IMG/VR virus record: IMGVR_UViG_3300013132_000019
From: a virus
Taxonomy: Duplodnaviria > Heunggongvirae > Uroviricota > Caudoviricetes
Strand: one strand, 5' to 3'
DNA length: 38,315 nt
The notes below the pieces were generated by a model that did no database searches, was not told the DNA's origin, and saw nothing but the letters and a program-made list of their open reading frames with translations. Of the stretch, positions 19,701-28,762 are shown piece by piece (the first letter of the stretch is position 1; every line of letters starts with the position of its first letter). The translations under genes and the position numbers were made by a program.

Positions 19701-20115
19701 CTCTAGCTATCATATTACCCCTAGTGTCAATAAAATTAATTTTAACTAATGGTGTATATGCGGTATCAAATGATATGTCGATAGATGTAATACCAAAACC
19801 TTCTAAAGAATCATCACCTGATGGTTTATCAAAAGTTGTACTAATATCAGTATAACTAGTCGTAAGTGACCTATCGCAATCGTCAGAGCCAACTTTACTT
19901 CCGTGTATGAAATTTATAAAACCAATATTATTACCACTATTTGTTAGGGTATCATTAACAATTCTAGAACGAGATTTTGATGTTGTGGTTAAACTGACAT
20001 ATATCGATAAATCTTCATGATTAATAGGTGTATTAGTTAATATATTATCATCCAAATTATTTGGGTCAACATATAAAGCTCTAGGTATTTTTGGTGTATT
20101 ATCCATGTCTATCAA
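13735..20115 (-). CDS. Giant baseplate hub-like virion protein with C-terminal lytic transglycosylase-like and peptidase M15-like domains
   Basis: 2126 aa in the tail module; hub-like segments (FGITSIDISF; YSAKVEALG...IQPMMYFQL...H.I...MTTQFTGVR); SLT-like VLET...GLMQFG...AYLSHQQG; SRHAKGNAIDF and HFHISY (H-x6-D...HxH). Confidence 0.7.
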   Translation of the reverse strand: MIDMDNTPKIPRALYVDPNNLDDNILTNTPINHEDLSIYVSLTTTSKSRSRIVNDTLTNSGNNIGFINFIHGSKVGSDDCDRSLTTSYTDISTTFDKPSGDDSLEGFGITSIDISFDTAYTPLVKINFIDTRGNMIARGNNSKYSMFFELPYPLFNLTVKGYYGKAVSYCLHLTKWNAKFNSQTGNFEIEAEFIGYTYAMLTDMLIGYLKAIPYTTIGSEEFINVKSDYDKKIVDADASKQTNTINDLLEKLAKLKGAIPDIKQNSESFQKLASLNKVNQILSQIKSLNREFILSLGDDANRIGSGISGNDFVYVKEKKDDVLNDYKSKLNEKISEINKYLKSTKFEPENMLPIISGPLTYQKIKIGDSASNIETSIDNFINASNNGYDKTIDTDKDRVTNLIRTNDSKLSKYTGNFYVYDLKKNAIEINEIIDANEVYDKELREEFSKEIRRYGKRNFDIDPTIGTIFRTLVASCDTFLRTIARVSDKASKSNDRIKQLESLLKAGSLNIKQNSDIYPWPEYNKDGNETWLGSVVDANEVDELKFVEELLEALIKSKRDDINLSSFLNNPPRTWFCLNPLDTPISIFGYNKNPYFRLGNKAKPDEYFRLLMYRMFIYLGIGNAGYDNNNVPNPDLLEFMAKFEAWNMFDGIGYDDSDFTKKSALVDFYKTADSVINSYTKGEFMISGDLKHPAGGTIYMDEVADEYKYTYINTEDTGRAYIPIDGDYDGIAFYNGFKLINNPALSGNVTSTYLGNYVNGTSEDNKVDDGATYLRIIDYTTYANSDYTLPVEKATKTYDDYKSSNLYGKYPEENSLNESGGASTDRPRLVKNTNPIERDKFGVTNFSKVKATYDEAKSISNSEGYSLMSPLFFSNTESNYGTKLGVNPKYVGSDKLTVTGGVPQRPVLYEFESNGSNIQIVNNQITNNNTENNVVTDISFGFSKTGASSSYLWGVSLFGSPLYYAQSISKSPDLAKSFLFLNTLPLKGLIDGTENNFTENTLSNNFSLGNYRSVMGMFTSSSAFINAPALWVYWVGSILWRYEEFKKTGEDLIITKTVDTNVNLVPGITVYPKPDELFFNLSTKEIDNEDKPAMFFSPTGKYRKVDETLLKLPKQVKDEFIERFKSWSYNDISIDSGFKYLRTLLEVFPDGYITNSNNLANLTTWQGSSVINYSAMTANVSIDNPWYSNEPINSSNYKYIFPNKPPVGGDSRFYSLTFDFKPELNNPLMKLFSKQLVILNASPYTFYQSQREDNKLTGPYKPITVKKTTFKKFLEVFVEEFRRLYDEYREQKIDEDTIKNGIFKSTSNDLIKLQIYRHLSAINNKWIGSGEIGGQMFYPCSNYGYTGEYDNLFDSFIFLDKGYNDISDKFILNPDVISELLIKNYNQSFFDIISNILANNNFNFIPLPTFVNFKNEAGLKSVFRPISYLDMVTNDENITYGPSFVCVYIGQNSTNLDLGENSDFIDDGVDFSPCGKQIKSSAFNTDLSKSERAIPIFEVNYAQQNQNFFKDLTLDQKEFVETEESLVIIDKLSNSGDKNNPAFKGQNLYNVYQTRSYSAKVEALGMPMIQPMMYFQLNNIPMFRGGYIIINTTHNIKPNHMTTQFTGVRIKDIDTELNQDLYEIKSLIAGSEDLASIKYDLDEPAVNTDSTTGNEPVPVKNANEDTATGKNQATNSTNTNIYQYNFQNSNREYGFNNSLFDRESNTIKNGQRLTYNQIFDIAAKLTKVDINVLKTISVLETVVGVNKGGIGDGMNPLGYVGLMQFGVDAANQVNKSVSDLLFNKLEDFNQYTFFANVDQQRKSLKIPIRDKYNANPADNNRITNSLFDDLISIIAASQLAIFNLDTNPTSLQNTRDAYLSHQQGKSGYNTIVKNNLSELSDGSDLSGRMNNNKPLYDKIDNLKIYLDWYNGWCGRIDAAYYEITKEYKPSLDVPKTPNADKLRETLNKLDYTENGRAIDNSGNDISTDIERYASAVFNKIKQLYPTYYVQVTAGNDQSHKDSAKSRHAKGNAIDFVIGNGQKIPTPSNYISIRNDNKSKPLNQQTAVTYSPQNEIIINNVKKILQGFVVGQNPQFKFLDEYRYPSPTATASHFHISYDKNGGNEGDAFTSEAVAALNAGQITEYTA

Positions 20116-20426
20116 CCATATAAGTTTTTATACCTATTAACAGCACTGATATATCTTTCAACAGCACTGTCAAATGGAAATGGAACCCTAATTATATCCC
20201 TATCTTTAATATCAAACTCCAAACCACCATATTGTGGATTCGCAGCCATAATTAGAAATCCATGATAACCATTACCATAATAGGTTTGACTCAATATGTC
20301 AAGCCTTGTTTCACCAGCTTTGTATAAAACTTGTTTATCTGTATTCGCAATAGGTATCTTTATACCAGGCACTGGCTTAACAGTACCATTCACTTTAAAT
20401 TTTTCATATCTATCAAAATAAGGCAT
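20112..20426 (-). CDS. LysM/gp53-like baseplate wedge protein
   Basis: RLDILSQTYYG...IMAANP...IIRVP pattern; position among baseplate genes. Confidence 0.7.
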   Translation of the reverse strand: MPYFDRYEKFKVNGTVKPVPGIKIPIANTDKQVLYKAGETRLDILSQTYYGNGYHGFLIMAANPQYGGLEFDIKDRDIIRVPFPFDSAVERYISAVNRYKNLYG

Positions 20427-20439
20427 TGGTTATTAAAAA

Positions 20440-23400
20440 TTAATTAGTTGTTATGTTAGCTGTTAATGGTGTATCTATACCATCTAAAGTAACCGTTAGT
20501 TTATTTAATAGACCAGGAAACTCAAACTGGTTAACATCATAATTTTGGTTATCACTGGTTCCATATGTAATAGCGGTGATTTCTAAAATATATGTCTGAG
20601 CTAAATCAACGCTGTTAAGCTGTTGGTTAGGATATTGGACATCTTGAACCGCAGCCGATACATTAACTGTGGTGCTATCATCAACCTTAACAGATATTAT
20701 ATAATCTTTAGACAATGCTGTATTATCAGTACCCTCAACTCTAGTTATTGAAAAATTAAGAGTGGTGCCATCCCAGAACGCTCTACTGATTGTTAATCGT
20801 TCAAAATCAGATTGTTCTGGCGAAACCTCGACTGGTGGTTGATTAGCATCATTTGCTGAATCTGCTTCTTGTTCTTGATTTGTATCTGGAACAATTGTGT
20901 TATTTGTATCAATACCTTCAGTATCAACTGGGTCTTCATCAATTGGGTCAACCAATGTTGTTGGGTATTTACCTCTATTAATTGTAGCATTACCAAACTC
21001 ACCATCAACCGTGTCAGATTGTGGACTGTACATTTCAGTGTTTGCAAAGAAGTTATATGATACCGCATTTTGTAATCTATTTATAGGTGCGCTCAAACTA
21101 GAACCACCAATAAATGCGAAATTAAGGTCTACAGTACATATCATAGGTTGTACACCAACACCCTCTGGGTTTAAATCCCAAACTAATGGGTCAAAACTGA
21201 AGTTCATTGAGTCAATCACAATCTTTGTGTGGTAAAAATCACCAATTCTTAGTATACAAATTGGTGGTCGACCGAAAGCTAAATTGTCAGGACTACAATT
21301 TCTAGTAGCGTTTGATACATTATTTAAATTGGTTATCGTGTTACCAGCTTCATCCTTAAAAAACCCTGTTGGTCCTTGTCTGGTACATTGCTGTAAGAAG
21401 GTTAATCGACTATTAAAACCTTCTGGTGTTATTGAATGAAATGATGGGTGAAAAAATGATATTTTCTCACTTATTGAGTTATAGACAAATTTATTTTCCT
21501 GAGCTAATTTTTTAAAATACAACGACTCATTATACCATCTACTTTTAACTTTTTGATTAAGATTAAATTCAATCGTTTCTCTTTGAGGTTGTTTTTTGTT
21601 TGGATTTATTAATTCGGCTAATACAGAATCAAATTTGAATTGGACTGTTACCTTTATATTTTCTTTGAAGATTTTGTTATCAGTTCTCAAAGGAACTCCA
21701 TTAAAATCAACTAATGGTACATTAATTGTACCTCCATCAACTAATTTATAACGTTTATTAACTAATGATGCCCCATTGCTATCAACATCTTGAAACTGTA
21801 TTATTTCATTTTCAAACCAATTCTGTATTTCAACACCACGACCCCTTCTAGCTAAATCAGATTCACCAGTAACGCCATATGTTGTTATTATTACTCTACA
21901 GGCTTGGCAATTTGTCATACCTTCAGCTAAACTTTCAAAAAATTGAATTGATGATTTACCTTCGTTTAGACCATAATTTGTAAAATCAGTTCTAGTAATT
22001 CCATCTTCGTCACCATAACTACCTAAACCAGCACCATAACCATTTGGGTTTTGTTGATAATTTATGTCAGTACTGCCACTTAAACCATCTTCAAAACCAT
22101 TATCTAAAACATCACTTAATAAACTATCATTATATGGGAAATATATTGTGAATTCAGGTGGCTCTGGTTGAGGTGTATTGTTGACTTTATCAATTGCTTG
22201 GTTGTTAGCTATTTCAAGAGCTTGCAATTCATTTGCTGATAGTCGGCTTCTAACTCTATCATCAACTTCAAAACCACCAGCAAAGAATGAACTTATCAAC
22301 TCATCACTTTCACCTTTTAAACTATTCAAATACGCTGGATGGTCAATAATCATTTTGAACTGTAATGTACCAGTTCTAGTTGTATTATTGTATGTATAAA
22401 TTGGTTCACCTCTACCAATAAAATCTGTTTTTTCCCAATTAACTGATGTGTTATCAGTAAACGCCATATCATAAGGTGGAAACCACATTATTCTACCTCG
22501 TTTACCTGTCGTTGGGTCACCATTACCAATTTCTTCTGGAATTAAATTTTGTTCATAACCAGCCCATGCCAAATTCTCAATTGAAAACATATATTTTTTA
22601 GTTTCAACAGCTGGAAGTATTGAAAGGTCACCTTGTCTACTAAAATCTGATGGTTGGTCACTATATGGTGTTATTTTAACAAAACCATTATCATCTAATA
22701 CCGATTTTTCAGTGTTACGTCTTTGATTGGTACCAGCATTACCTAAAACACCACTATGTTTCTGTAATCTATTAACCCTATCATATCTTCTTGATGAATT
22801 AAACGTTCTGAAAAACATTGTTTCTGGGTCACTTTCCTGAGTTTGACCATTGAATTTAACCTTATTACTACCCCTAGAAGCATAGCTAAACCCGTTATTA
22901 TTAACAACAGCTGAATTAACCTCTGTCTTATCTTGAATCCTAAAACGGTCATTGACCATAGTTTTCATCTTTTCATTTTGAATAGAATCAATACCAGCAC
23001 CAGCATTAAATAATTGTTGAGTTTTACCCAACATTGATTTCTTATCAAAATTTCTACTATCCAACCCCCATGTAAATGGTATCGTTTCACTACCACCATC
23101 ACCGTCATCGACTGTTATTGTCTTATCAGCTAATGATTGAAAACCAGAATCCCTAACCATCCCTTCCAATTGATAGTTACTTCTTGATATCGGATTATTC
23201 TCTGAACCAAATTCAATATCAATCACTTGACCATCAGTGGTTTGAAAAGCATATATATTAGCATTTAAACCTTGATTTGGACTTCTTGGGTCTCTGAAAC
23301 CTGGTGCATATCCGCTTTTTCTATCGTTAGAACTTAATAAATTTTGACGTAAATTGAAAAATAAAGCTTCAATCTGACCTCTACCAGTATTCTCAATCAT

Positions 23401-24468
23401 ACTGTTAGCCCTTTCAATATTACCAATAGGGTTCTCTGATGAAAATATAGATGACGTTGTTGATAATAGACTTACTGGTGTTTGAAATCCTAATATGCGT
23501 TCCGCATAATCCAAAAATCCTCCAGCAGTACCCTTTGCAACGGTTATACTATAATTTGGTATTAGAAAACTATCACCTTGAAGTATACTTATTGGATTGG
23601 TATTGATATTACCTAATGTTTCTTCAACTAAATTGAATGCAGCATTCTGTCTTATTGCAAAACCTAATCTATCAGCAGCAATAATACCTAACGGTGTTTC
23701 TGGTGTATCAGTGCTTCTACCACCACTTAAAAGGCTTGTAACGTCAAATAACGGGTCTGTGCCACTAACTGAATAATTTGGAACAATACCACCTAAAAGA
23801 TTATCTATGACCGTAGAAGCGTTGTTAGAGGGTCCTCCGCCAACAATACCAGCCATTCTTTCAGCATAATTTGGTAAATTCTTATCAGTAACAACTGGTG
23901 TAGTTATAATATCAGCTAATATTTGAGATTCAAAATCTAAATATTTGTTCTTAGTAGTAATATTTTTCCTATATGATTTTGAATCATCACTTGTACCTAA
24001 ATCAGCTAAACTATAATCATAATTGATAAAGGTCTCTTCAGTTGGTTGATATGTAACTAAAGATATTGTTGTATTATTCTCTAATAAACCTTGATATTTG
24101 TTCTTTAAAGCATTGAACTCTTTATAAAATTCACTGTTTTGAACTATTGGACTATTTGCTGGTTCTGGACTTGTATTATACGGTTGTCCGTCTGAATAAT
24201 TAATTGGTGTTGTTACTATGGATACTCTTTGGTAATCTGTTAGTTCACCTTGAAATTTATTATTGATTATCAATAAATCCTTATATAAATCACCAAGTTC
24301 TTCTATATTGTCAGAAGGTCTAACATTCTGTGTACCATTGGTAGTACTTGCTAACTGACCAATATCAAATAATAAACCAGAAAGACCATTTTCTTCAACA
24401 GTATCTGAAATAATATTCCTTGCAAGTAAACTTTCTCTAATACTTGGTGATAAACTACTTATATCCAT
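20440..24468 (-). CDS. Large baseplate / tail-tube-initiator-like structural protein
   Basis: 1342 aa; tube-initiator-like segments (VNW...FIGRGEPIYTYNNTTRTGTLQF; PPICILRIGDFY...WDL...PMICTVDLNF); downstream of the tape measure. Confidence 0.65.
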   Translation of the reverse strand: MDISSLSPSIRESLLARNIISDTVEENGLSGLLFDIGQLASTTNGTQNVRPSDNIEELGDLYKDLLIINNKFQGELTDYQRVSIVTTPINYSDGQPYNTSPEPANSPIVQNSEFYKEFNALKNKYQGLLENNTTISLVTYQPTEETFINYDYSLADLGTSDDSKSYRKNITTKNKYLDFESQILADIITTPVVTDKNLPNYAERMAGIVGGGPSNNASTVIDNLLGGIVPNYSVSGTDPLFDVTSLLSGGRSTDTPETPLGIIAADRLGFAIRQNAAFNLVEETLGNINTNPISILQGDSFLIPNYSITVAKGTAGGFLDYAERILGFQTPVSLLSTTSSIFSSENPIGNIERANSMIENTGRGQIEALFFNLRQNLLSSNDRKSGYAPGFRDPRSPNQGLNANIYAFQTTDGQVIDIEFGSENNPISRSNYQLEGMVRDSGFQSLADKTITVDDGDGGSETIPFTWGLDSRNFDKKSMLGKTQQLFNAGAGIDSIQNEKMKTMVNDRFRIQDKTEVNSAVVNNNGFSYASRGSNKVKFNGQTQESDPETMFFRTFNSSRRYDRVNRLQKHSGVLGNAGTNQRRNTEKSVLDDNGFVKITPYSDQPSDFSRQGDLSILPAVETKKYMFSIENLAWAGYEQNLIPEEIGNGDPTTGKRGRIMWFPPYDMAFTDNTSVNWEKTDFIGRGEPIYTYNNTTRTGTLQFKMIIDHPAYLNSLKGESDELISSFFAGGFEVDDRVRSRLSANELQALEIANNQAIDKVNNTPQPEPPEFTIYFPYNDSLLSDVLDNGFEDGLSGSTDINYQQNPNGYGAGLGSYGDEDGITRTDFTNYGLNEGKSSIQFFESLAEGMTNCQACRVIITTYGVTGESDLARRGRGVEIQNWFENEIIQFQDVDSNGASLVNKRYKLVDGGTINVPLVDFNGVPLRTDNKIFKENIKVTVQFKFDSVLAELINPNKKQPQRETIEFNLNQKVKSRWYNESLYFKKLAQENKFVYNSISEKISFFHPSFHSITPEGFNSRLTFLQQCTRQGPTGFFKDEAGNTITNLNNVSNATRNCSPDNLAFGRPPICILRIGDFYHTKIVIDSMNFSFDPLVWDLNPEGVGVQPMICTVDLNFAFIGGSSLSAPINRLQNAVSYNFFANTEMYSPQSDTVDGEFGNATINRGKYPTTLVDPIDEDPVDTEGIDTNNTIVPDTNQEQEADSANDANQPPVEVSPEQSDFERLTISRAFWDGTTLNFSITRVEGTDNTALSKDYIISVKVDDSTTVNVSAAVQDVQYPNQQLNSVDLAQTYILEITAITYGTSDNQNYDVNQFEFPGLLNKLTVTLDGIDTPLTANITTN

Positions 24469-24509
24469 TTAACTTATCCTTTACCATAAATAGTTTAATC
24501 ATTGAAAAT

Positions 24510-24680
24510 TGAAAACTACTATACTCAAAATAAGTCACTATACTATAAAAGTATATAATATATATTATATTATTATTTATATTATATATTATTAATTATA
24601 TATATTTAGTTATATTGGCCCCCCTTTTATTCCCCCCGTTAGGTTAATGCAAATTAACAATATTTTTTACCAAAAGTCAA
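24510..24680 (-). other. Origin-like non-coding region (promoter, paired G-tracts, pure A/T tract)
   Basis: TTGACT-N17-TTAATTTGCA (24680-24648), then G6-AATAAAA-G6 (24637-24619, minus strand), then 57 consecutive A/T bases (24552-24608) and ACTATACT twice. Confidence 0.45.
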
Positions 24681-24706
24681 GTCTCTTAGTGAAAAAAATC
24701 AAATTA

Positions 24707-27199
24707 TTAGTATCTCGGTATCGGATTTGGTGATAATTTACCACCTGCAAGGTTAGTTCTAAGCTGTTCTTGTATCATAGTTGACAGTTTTCTTACAAAT
24801 TCTGGCTCTCGTGTTAAATCAATATTGGCAACATTTCCACCAGGCATATCTATCGATATCTTACCACCAATTTCAAGCTTTCCGAACTCAATTTTTTGTT
24901 TTTTAACACCTTTACCTTGAACTAATTCATCAATTTTACCCTTATTTGTTGATGCCACAAGACCATCATCCATTGATACAATCTTATCCTGTGGATTGAA
25001 TTTTATGATTGCGTCATCTACAAAATTTGTTGATATCGCGTCACCACCCATCTTACCTAATGCTGAACCAGCCAATGAGCCTATTGCAAACCCAACACCT
25101 GGTATTGGTATCAGTGTTTGACCAATTGCACCACCAATAAGTCCGCCAGCCAATGAACCCGCATCACCAATTGCGGTGTCTTCTAAACCCATAGCTTCAC
25201 TACCTTTACCGCCTAAAAAGTCACCCAAAAAGCCAGCACCTAAACCTGCCGCACCACTTGCCAATTTTGCACCACCAACAGCTAACTTAGTACCAGTTTT
25301 ACCAATTTTTGGTAATAAATTTCTAACCATTTTACCTTTGGTACCCTTACCTAATAGAGTTTTATCTAAAAAAGAATCTTGTAATCCACTTTTACCACCA
25401 GCCTTAGCTACACTATTAAAGCCCATACCCAATTGCACACCTTGAGCATACCATTTAGCGGCATTAAAAAAAACTGTACCACCCAATGCCGTCACTAAAC
25501 TAGCTACAGGGTTTTCAATAATAAACTTACCGATAGAACCTATTAATGTACCGACTTTTTCAGCTAATGATTTAAGATTAGCTAATACATTTTCATTTTT
25601 TAATAATTCTTGTAAATTAGCGATTGGTTGAACCAAAGCAGTATTTAATGCTTCAACAAATGGTAACATCACTGTTTTAAATTGATTAACCAAATTATTA
25701 AAAGCATCATCAAACGTCTGTGCTTGTTTGGCTCTAGCATCTAAGGCTTGTTTTTCATCTTTATATCTTTTAAGCGCATTTGTATCCAATTGATTAAGCA
25801 ACATATCTTGATTATCAATATGTACTCGCCATTGACCATCTTCACCCATTTGTGCCAACGATGATATTAATTGTTTATCATCTTCTTCAAATGTGCTTGG
25901 AACCAATGATTCAATCTTATTGAATTTGGCGGCAGCTTTTGCCATTTCAGATAATTGTTCCTCACTAATACCAGTTATCTTTGCAATCTCTCGCATTCTG
26001 TCCAATTGAAGACCACCAATTTCAAACTCACCAGAATTTTCATTGAATTGCGCCAATTCAGCCGTTGCATTTGCCACATCCTTTGTGAAAGCACCGAAAT
26101 CATTTCTAGCTTTGAACATCAACTCAAATGGGTTACCCAATCTAGCAAAAGACCCACCCATGGTCTGCAATTGTGCCGCCATTTCAACAGCACCCTCTGG
26201 TCTGAATACTTTTCCAGCCATACCAGCTATCGAACCCATATCCACTTTCATTTTTTCAGCGAATACGGCCATCTCAGCCATACCTTTAACACCACCTTTA
26301 AAGTGATACGTATTGGCAATCTTAAGATTCTTACTAAGACCCTTTAACGCTTTTTCAGCATTAACACCCATACTATGTGCAATATCAACAGTCTCTTGAA
26401 CCGCATTTCTTGATGATTCAACACCCAAACCAAAACGCTCCATATCAGCAGCCATTTGAGCAGCACCTTGCATACCCAAAGTTGTACCCTTAGCCATTTC
26501 AGCCATTGCTTGGTATCCAGCCTCAGATAACATTACTGACCTACCTATCTCAGCTGAATATTCAGCTTGTCCTTTAGCCAAATCACTTACACCAACACCC
26601 AACTGTATTGTTGATTCAGAAGCTGTTGAAATTGTCTTTGAAAAGAACTTTGATTGACCATTAAGTATACCCATACTTAATTCAGCAGCTTTAATGTCTT
26701 TTGACATTTGAACCGCTGCCAAATTCTTTAATTTACCATAAAAACTTTGAGCTAGACCTGGTAACTTACTCCAAATTTTACCAGCTTCAACATATGCAAT
26801 ATTAGCTTTATTAGCTTCTTTAGCGATTTGTTGTTGAATTTTTAATTGCTCCTCTAATTTTTTTGTTTGCTTTTTATTGTATTTAACTAAACCTTCGGCT
26901 ACTTTGCTAGCTTTTTTTGCTTCTTTAAGTTTTTGTTTTGCAGCGGCTATAGCTTGGGTATTATTACTATTTTGAAGCGCATTATAAGCCTGTAGAGCTG
27001 CGGCTTCTTCCGCAGCAGACTCACGAGCTTTTTGGTCTAATTCAGCTTGTTGGTCTTTTAATTTTTTTATATTTTGCTCTAAAAGACCAATCTCTTTTAT
27101 TAATTTAAGATATTCAGCCGCACTAGTATTTACTTTATTTTGTAAAGCTTCCTGTTCGGCTAATCTTTTAGCTATATCATCCCAATTATTACTTACCAT
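24707..27199 (-). CDS. Tail tape measure protein
   Basis: 830 aa, Ala/Gly-rich and helical with Gly-rich hydrophobic C-terminal stretches; downstream of tube and chaperone genes. Confidence 0.8.
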   Translation of the reverse strand: MVSNNWDDIAKRLAEQEALQNKVNTSAAEYLKLIKEIGLLEQNIKKLKDQQAELDQKARESAAEEAAALQAYNALQNSNNTQAIAAAKQKLKEAKKASKVAEGLVKYNKKQTKKLEEQLKIQQQIAKEANKANIAYVEAGKIWSKLPGLAQSFYGKLKNLAAVQMSKDIKAAELSMGILNGQSKFFSKTISTASESTIQLGVGVSDLAKGQAEYSAEIGRSVMLSEAGYQAMAEMAKGTTLGMQGAAQMAADMERFGLGVESSRNAVQETVDIAHSMGVNAEKALKGLSKNLKIANTYHFKGGVKGMAEMAVFAEKMKVDMGSIAGMAGKVFRPEGAVEMAAQLQTMGGSFARLGNPFELMFKARNDFGAFTKDVANATAELAQFNENSGEFEIGGLQLDRMREIAKITGISEEQLSEMAKAAAKFNKIESLVPSTFEEDDKQLISSLAQMGEDGQWRVHIDNQDMLLNQLDTNALKRYKDEKQALDARAKQAQTFDDAFNNLVNQFKTVMLPFVEALNTALVQPIANLQELLKNENVLANLKSLAEKVGTLIGSIGKFIIENPVASLVTALGGTVFFNAAKWYAQGVQLGMGFNSVAKAGGKSGLQDSFLDKTLLGKGTKGKMVRNLLPKIGKTGTKLAVGGAKLASGAAGLGAGFLGDFLGGKGSEAMGLEDTAIGDAGSLAGGLIGGAIGQTLIPIPGVGFAIGSLAGSALGKMGGDAISTNFVDDAIIKFNPQDKIVSMDDGLVASTNKGKIDELVQGKGVKKQKIEFGKLEIGGKISIDMPGGNVANIDLTREPEFVRKLSTMIQEQLRTNLAGGKLSPNPIPRY

Positions 27200-27206
27200 A
27201 ACTTAT

Positions 27207-28451
27207 TTAAAAAATATTATTTTTAATGACATTTATTGTAGTTTCTTTAGGTATATGGTTATCAGTATAAACCTCAATACCAAACTTATTACCACCAAGT
27301 TCATTTTTTAATAAGATTTTAACTGTAATAGATTTTTTATTATCTATTTTATACGAATATTTTAAATTTATTTTACCTTTTGATTTTTGAATTTTAGCTT
27401 TAATATCTGAACCACGTCTAAGTAATAGTTTAGATTCGTTTGAACCAGGTCTTGTATTTAAAGTAATATCCTCTAAATATCTAAATTCAACAAATCTATT
27501 ATTGGTAAATTCAGTTCTAATATTATTGACTTCATCGTCATCAGATATAAAACCCTTATCATTTAATATTTGATATACTCTAGACAATCCAGTATAATCA
27601 GCGCCTTCAATAAAACCCAATAGTTTAGGCCTATCAACAAAAAACTTTTTAAGACTAGGGTCTGAATTTATAATATTAAATAACTCTTTCGATGATAATT
27701 TTTCATCTTGATTATCTTCATCATCATCATCAGATTTATCAACCCATTCAGTAACATTATAATCAGTTACATTTACTAACCTATCCGCAATATTATCATC
27801 AACATTAGTTAAATTAATAAATTTATCACCCTCATCTGATTCTTCAATGGCTTCATCATTAAACATTAATTTAAACCGCTTATTGACATCATCTTTATAA
27901 TCTGAATCTTCAGTCTTCATAAGTTGGATAACAGCATAAGCATCTGTTTTTTCGAGAACATTGAAAATAATTTTATCAACATTATCAGTTTCAAAGAAGA
28001 AACCCTCTTCTTCCTTCATTAAAGCTTTTAACCGTTCAATTTCACTTTCTTCTGGATGTTCAACATCCTCACCATCAACTGGAGCCTCATCTTCACCATC
28101 AATGTCTGATGGGTCTTCCAAATCCATTGTTGTAATCCTCTTTAATGTATATGGTCTTTCCTTTTTACTCTTCTTACCTTTTAAAGTTGATTTAATATCA
28201 GCATCACTTACATCCTCGTTCTTTTTAACAACCCAATCAAAACCAGTGAATGTTGAACCCTCGGTTAAACTCTCCAATCTCCAAGAATCACCCAAATCCT
28301 CAACAACCTTGAATTTAAAATCAAAAGGTTCACCGCTCTGTTTACTTTTGGCTGTAATAACAATGATTTTACCTACAGATAAATTCATAAATGGTGACTT
28401 TAAATTCAAAGCCTCCAATAACTGTCTATATTGATTTTCAGTGAGTAGCAT
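27207..28451 (-). CDS. Hypothetical protein (414 aa), probably virion-associated
   Basis: Intact ORF in the tail module with acidic linkers between apparent domains. Confidence 0.8.
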   Translation of the reverse strand: MLLTENQYRQLLEALNLKSPFMNLSVGKIIVITAKSKQSGEPFDFKFKVVEDLGDSWRLESLTEGSTFTGFDWVVKKNEDVSDADIKSTLKGKKSKKERPYTLKRITTMDLEDPSDIDGEDEAPVDGEDVEHPEESEIERLKALMKEEEGFFFETDNVDKIIFNVLEKTDAYAVIQLMKTEDSDYKDDVNKRFKLMFNDEAIEESDEGDKFINLTNVDDNIADRLVNVTDYNVTEWVDKSDDDDEDNQDEKLSSKELFNIINSDPSLKKFFVDRPKLLGFIEGADYTGLSRVYQILNDKGFISDDDEVNNIRTEFTNNRFVEFRYLEDITLNTRPGSNESKLLLRRGSDIKAKIQKSKGKINLKYSYKIDNKKSITVKILLKNELGGNKFGIEVYTDNHIPKETTINVIKNNIF

Positions 28452-28485
28452 AATTAATATATCATTTAAATGTAAATATGTTTAA

Positions 28486-28762
28486 TTAGGCATTTATCTC
28501 ACCATTTCGCAATTTACTCTTTAACTCTTCACCACTGATACTTCTGGTTCTTCTACCTTTGGCAGAATTGCTATGCTCCCTTCGCATATTCTCATAATGC
28601 TCCTCTCTTGCCCTATTTTCAGTTTTAAGCAAGTGAATCTGATAACGTCTACTGTTTATAGACATATCCATTAAATCCTGACGAGACCACCCTATATGCT
28701 TTCTACAGATATAAAGTTCCTCTTCCCAATTGGCTCTATAATCAGAGTTCAGGCCAAAAAAA
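28486..28762 (-). CDS. Tail assembly chaperone, downstream frame (probably expressed by frameshift)
   Basis: Y...HIGWS..DLMDMS...RR chaperone-like pattern; no ATG at its 5' end; overlaps the end of the upstream gene at a U7 run. Confidence 0.65.
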
